IMG/VR virus record: IMGVR_UViG_3300040786_000030
Span: 129,181-193,180 of that record
Origin: a virus
Length of the DNA: 64,000 bases
Reading direction: 5' to 3' (one strand)
Shown: positions 62,044-64,000 of the stretch, in pieces
How the letters are laid out: each line of letters begins with the position of its first letter
Position numbering within the stretch: the stretch's first letter is position 1
Notes under the pieces: model-generated
The model's database searches: none
Told to the model about the DNA's origin: nothing
What the model saw: only the letters and a program-made list of their open reading frames with translations
Program-made: the position numbers and the translations under genes

Positions 62044-63418
62044 ATGAAAATTAAAGAAATTTTAGATGAAATCGCTAACATTAGCGGTAAAACGATAAGG
62101 GTAAAGTATTAGCCAAATATAAGGATAATGAGTTACTTAAACGAGTAATTTATCTAGCACATTCACCTAGAATAAAATTCTACATAAAACAAATACCAGA
62201 ATATGTTAAAGATGATTTTGAATTAAATATGCCGTTAGAGCAAGCATTAGTTACATTAGAAAACATATATTCTAGAAAAGTAACTGGTGGTGATGCAACA
62301 GTTGTTTTACAATTTTAAATAGCGTATCACAAGATGATGCATATGTTATTGAACGTATTATCGATAAAACCTTAAATTGGTATGGACTCTGGATTAATAA
62401 AATAATTCAAAAGCTCATCGAGGAAACACCATATCAAGGGCTAAATCATTTTCGGTTAAAGGTGCTATGAAATTATTCGAAAAGGGTAAAGCTGTAATGT
62501 CAAAGTTAAAGCTGATGGTACATATCGTAACGCTATTATCAGAGGTGGTGATGTTGAATTAATTTCAAGACAAGGTATCAACACTTACTGGTGCTAAATT
62601 CTTAGTAGAATTAGGTCAGATGGAAGATTGTACTAAATGGTGAGTTAACAATAGATGGGTATAAGAGAACGATAGCTAATGGTATGGTAAATTCTATTAT
62701 GGATATTGTTGAAAAGCTGAAGAAAGAGGTGAAGTTGAAACGGGTAAGAAAATCGCTGCGTTTGAAGATAAGCATGGTCCAATGGCTGATGCATTAGATA
62801 AAATGAGGGATTACTGTTTGGGATATGATTAGTGTTGATGATACTTTGAGGGTAAATCAGTAACTGAATATCATATCAGATATAATTCACTTAGAAAGAT
62901 GGTTGAGAATAAAGCTTGTGTTCAAGTTCAAGTTGACCTTATTGAAACACGTTTCATTACAACCTACGAAGAAGCAATGGACCACTTCTTAGATACTCAA
63001 AAAAGGGTCTTGAAGGTACAATTATCAAAGCTGCTAACTGTTGGAAGGATGGGAAACCAACATATCAAATCAAAATGAAACTTGAAATGGATATTGACCT
63101 TAGAATAGTTGGTTTTAATTATGGTTCAAAAGGTACTAAGAATGAGTCTGTAATTTCAGTATTACAACTAGAAAGTGAGTGTGGGTTATTGAAGACAGCA
63201 CCTGGTGGGATGACTGAAGCTATGATGGCTGATATTACTAATAGACAAGAAGAATTAATGGGTACAGTTGTACAGATTAGATGTTGTGGTCTTTCAGAAA
63301 CAGATAAAGGTTGGTCAACGCAACACCCATCAATTGAAGAATTAAGAACAGATAAAATACTTGTGATACTTTAGAGTCTTGTATTGAGATTGAAGAAATG
63401 GCAAAAAAAATTAAAATA
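62044..63418 (+). CDS. ATP-dependent DNA ligase (frameshifted)
   Basis: VKADG, SRQG, NGEL, WD, EGTIIK, W..GK..QIKMK, OB-fold with HP..RTDK. Confidence 0.88.
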
Positions 63419-63654
63419 ATATGACTGTAATTTTTATAATATTAGGTGTAATACTTTGTTTAGTTGGTTTAGTAATCTTATTTTTTTCTTAAGGTTGGTT
63501 TATTTCATTTATAAACTTAAACAAAAAAAAGTAGAATATATGAAAATTAATACTGAAAATTATTTAAAGAACATGTGAAAAATCTTAGTGATTTATACGT
63601 ATTTAAAAATAACTTAAATAGGTAAACTACAATAACAATTAAATAAACAAAAAA

Positions 63655-64000
63655 TGAAAAAATAATATTTTATTCTTAACTTTAGTAAGCTTAAGTGTAT
63701 TTTCGCAAACAGATTCAAAACAAGTTAAAACAAGTATGTACATTGGTGCGGGTTTATCAATGGCTAATTCAAAGGGCAAGCGTTTGACGTAACATCATAT
63801 CAAGTATTGAGTTTGGTATTACACGTAGTAATTTGTCTTATGGTCTTGTATTAGGTCGTGGTAATTTAATAGGTTTAGCTCAATCTGGTGATGTATTATC
63901 TAATTACTTTTACGAAGTTAAAGTATCACCATCATTTCCTATAGGTATTGTTAATGCTAATATTATTCTTGGTGTTGGTAGTTATTTTATTACTAGTAAT
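63655..64000 (+). CDS. Secreted/outer-membrane-like hypothetical protein (3' truncated)
   Basis: MKKIIFIL..SVFSQ Bacteroidota-type signal peptide; beta-strand-like Gly/aromatic pattern. Confidence 0.45.

Noticed and set aside
1-64000. Widespread pseudogenisation or many programmed frameshifts
   Set aside because: Breaks fall in homopolymer runs in nearly every gene, including essential ones (primase, ligase, sigma), which is the pattern of uncorrected long-read indels.

Overview
Very AT-rich (roughly 27-30% GC by eye) segment of a jumbo/huge tailed phage genome. Its host is most likely a Bacteroidota member: TAnnTTTG promoter boxes are frequent and start contexts are A-rich without Shine-Dalgarno sites. 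The sequence is full of single-base homopolymer indels (uncorrected long-read pattern), so most genes are split in the ORF track and the coordinates below are hand-stitched and approximate. Contents from left to right: tail-fibre/baseplate-type structural genes; a replication/recombination block (RuvC-like, primase, PD-(D/E)xK nuclease, SbcCD-like); sigma70; GH19 endolysin; RNase HII; a DUF2828/VWA protein; DnaJ; two ClpP genes; tmRNA; about 15 tRNAs plus several tRNA mimics; RF1-like factor; Pth2; CCA-adding enzyme; PNK-2H; Rnl1-type RNA ligase; NUDIX; NADAR; HD hydrolase; DNA ligase. The most striking signal is an apparent amber (UAG)-centred translational control module at about 38.7-41.9 kb. 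It comprises an RF1-type gene interrupted by a prfB-like CTT-TAG-C shift site, a CUA-anticodon suppressor tRNA, a Pth2 gene starting ATG-AAG-TAG and a leader ATG-AAA-TAG-IRKPP. Other candidates are a four-copy Y-RNA-like family linked to the DUF2828 gene, anticodon-less tRNA mimics, a leader-peptide attenuator in front of the tRNA array, and an HNH cassette carrying a synonymously recoded copy of its target gene end. No database searches or folding computations were run.
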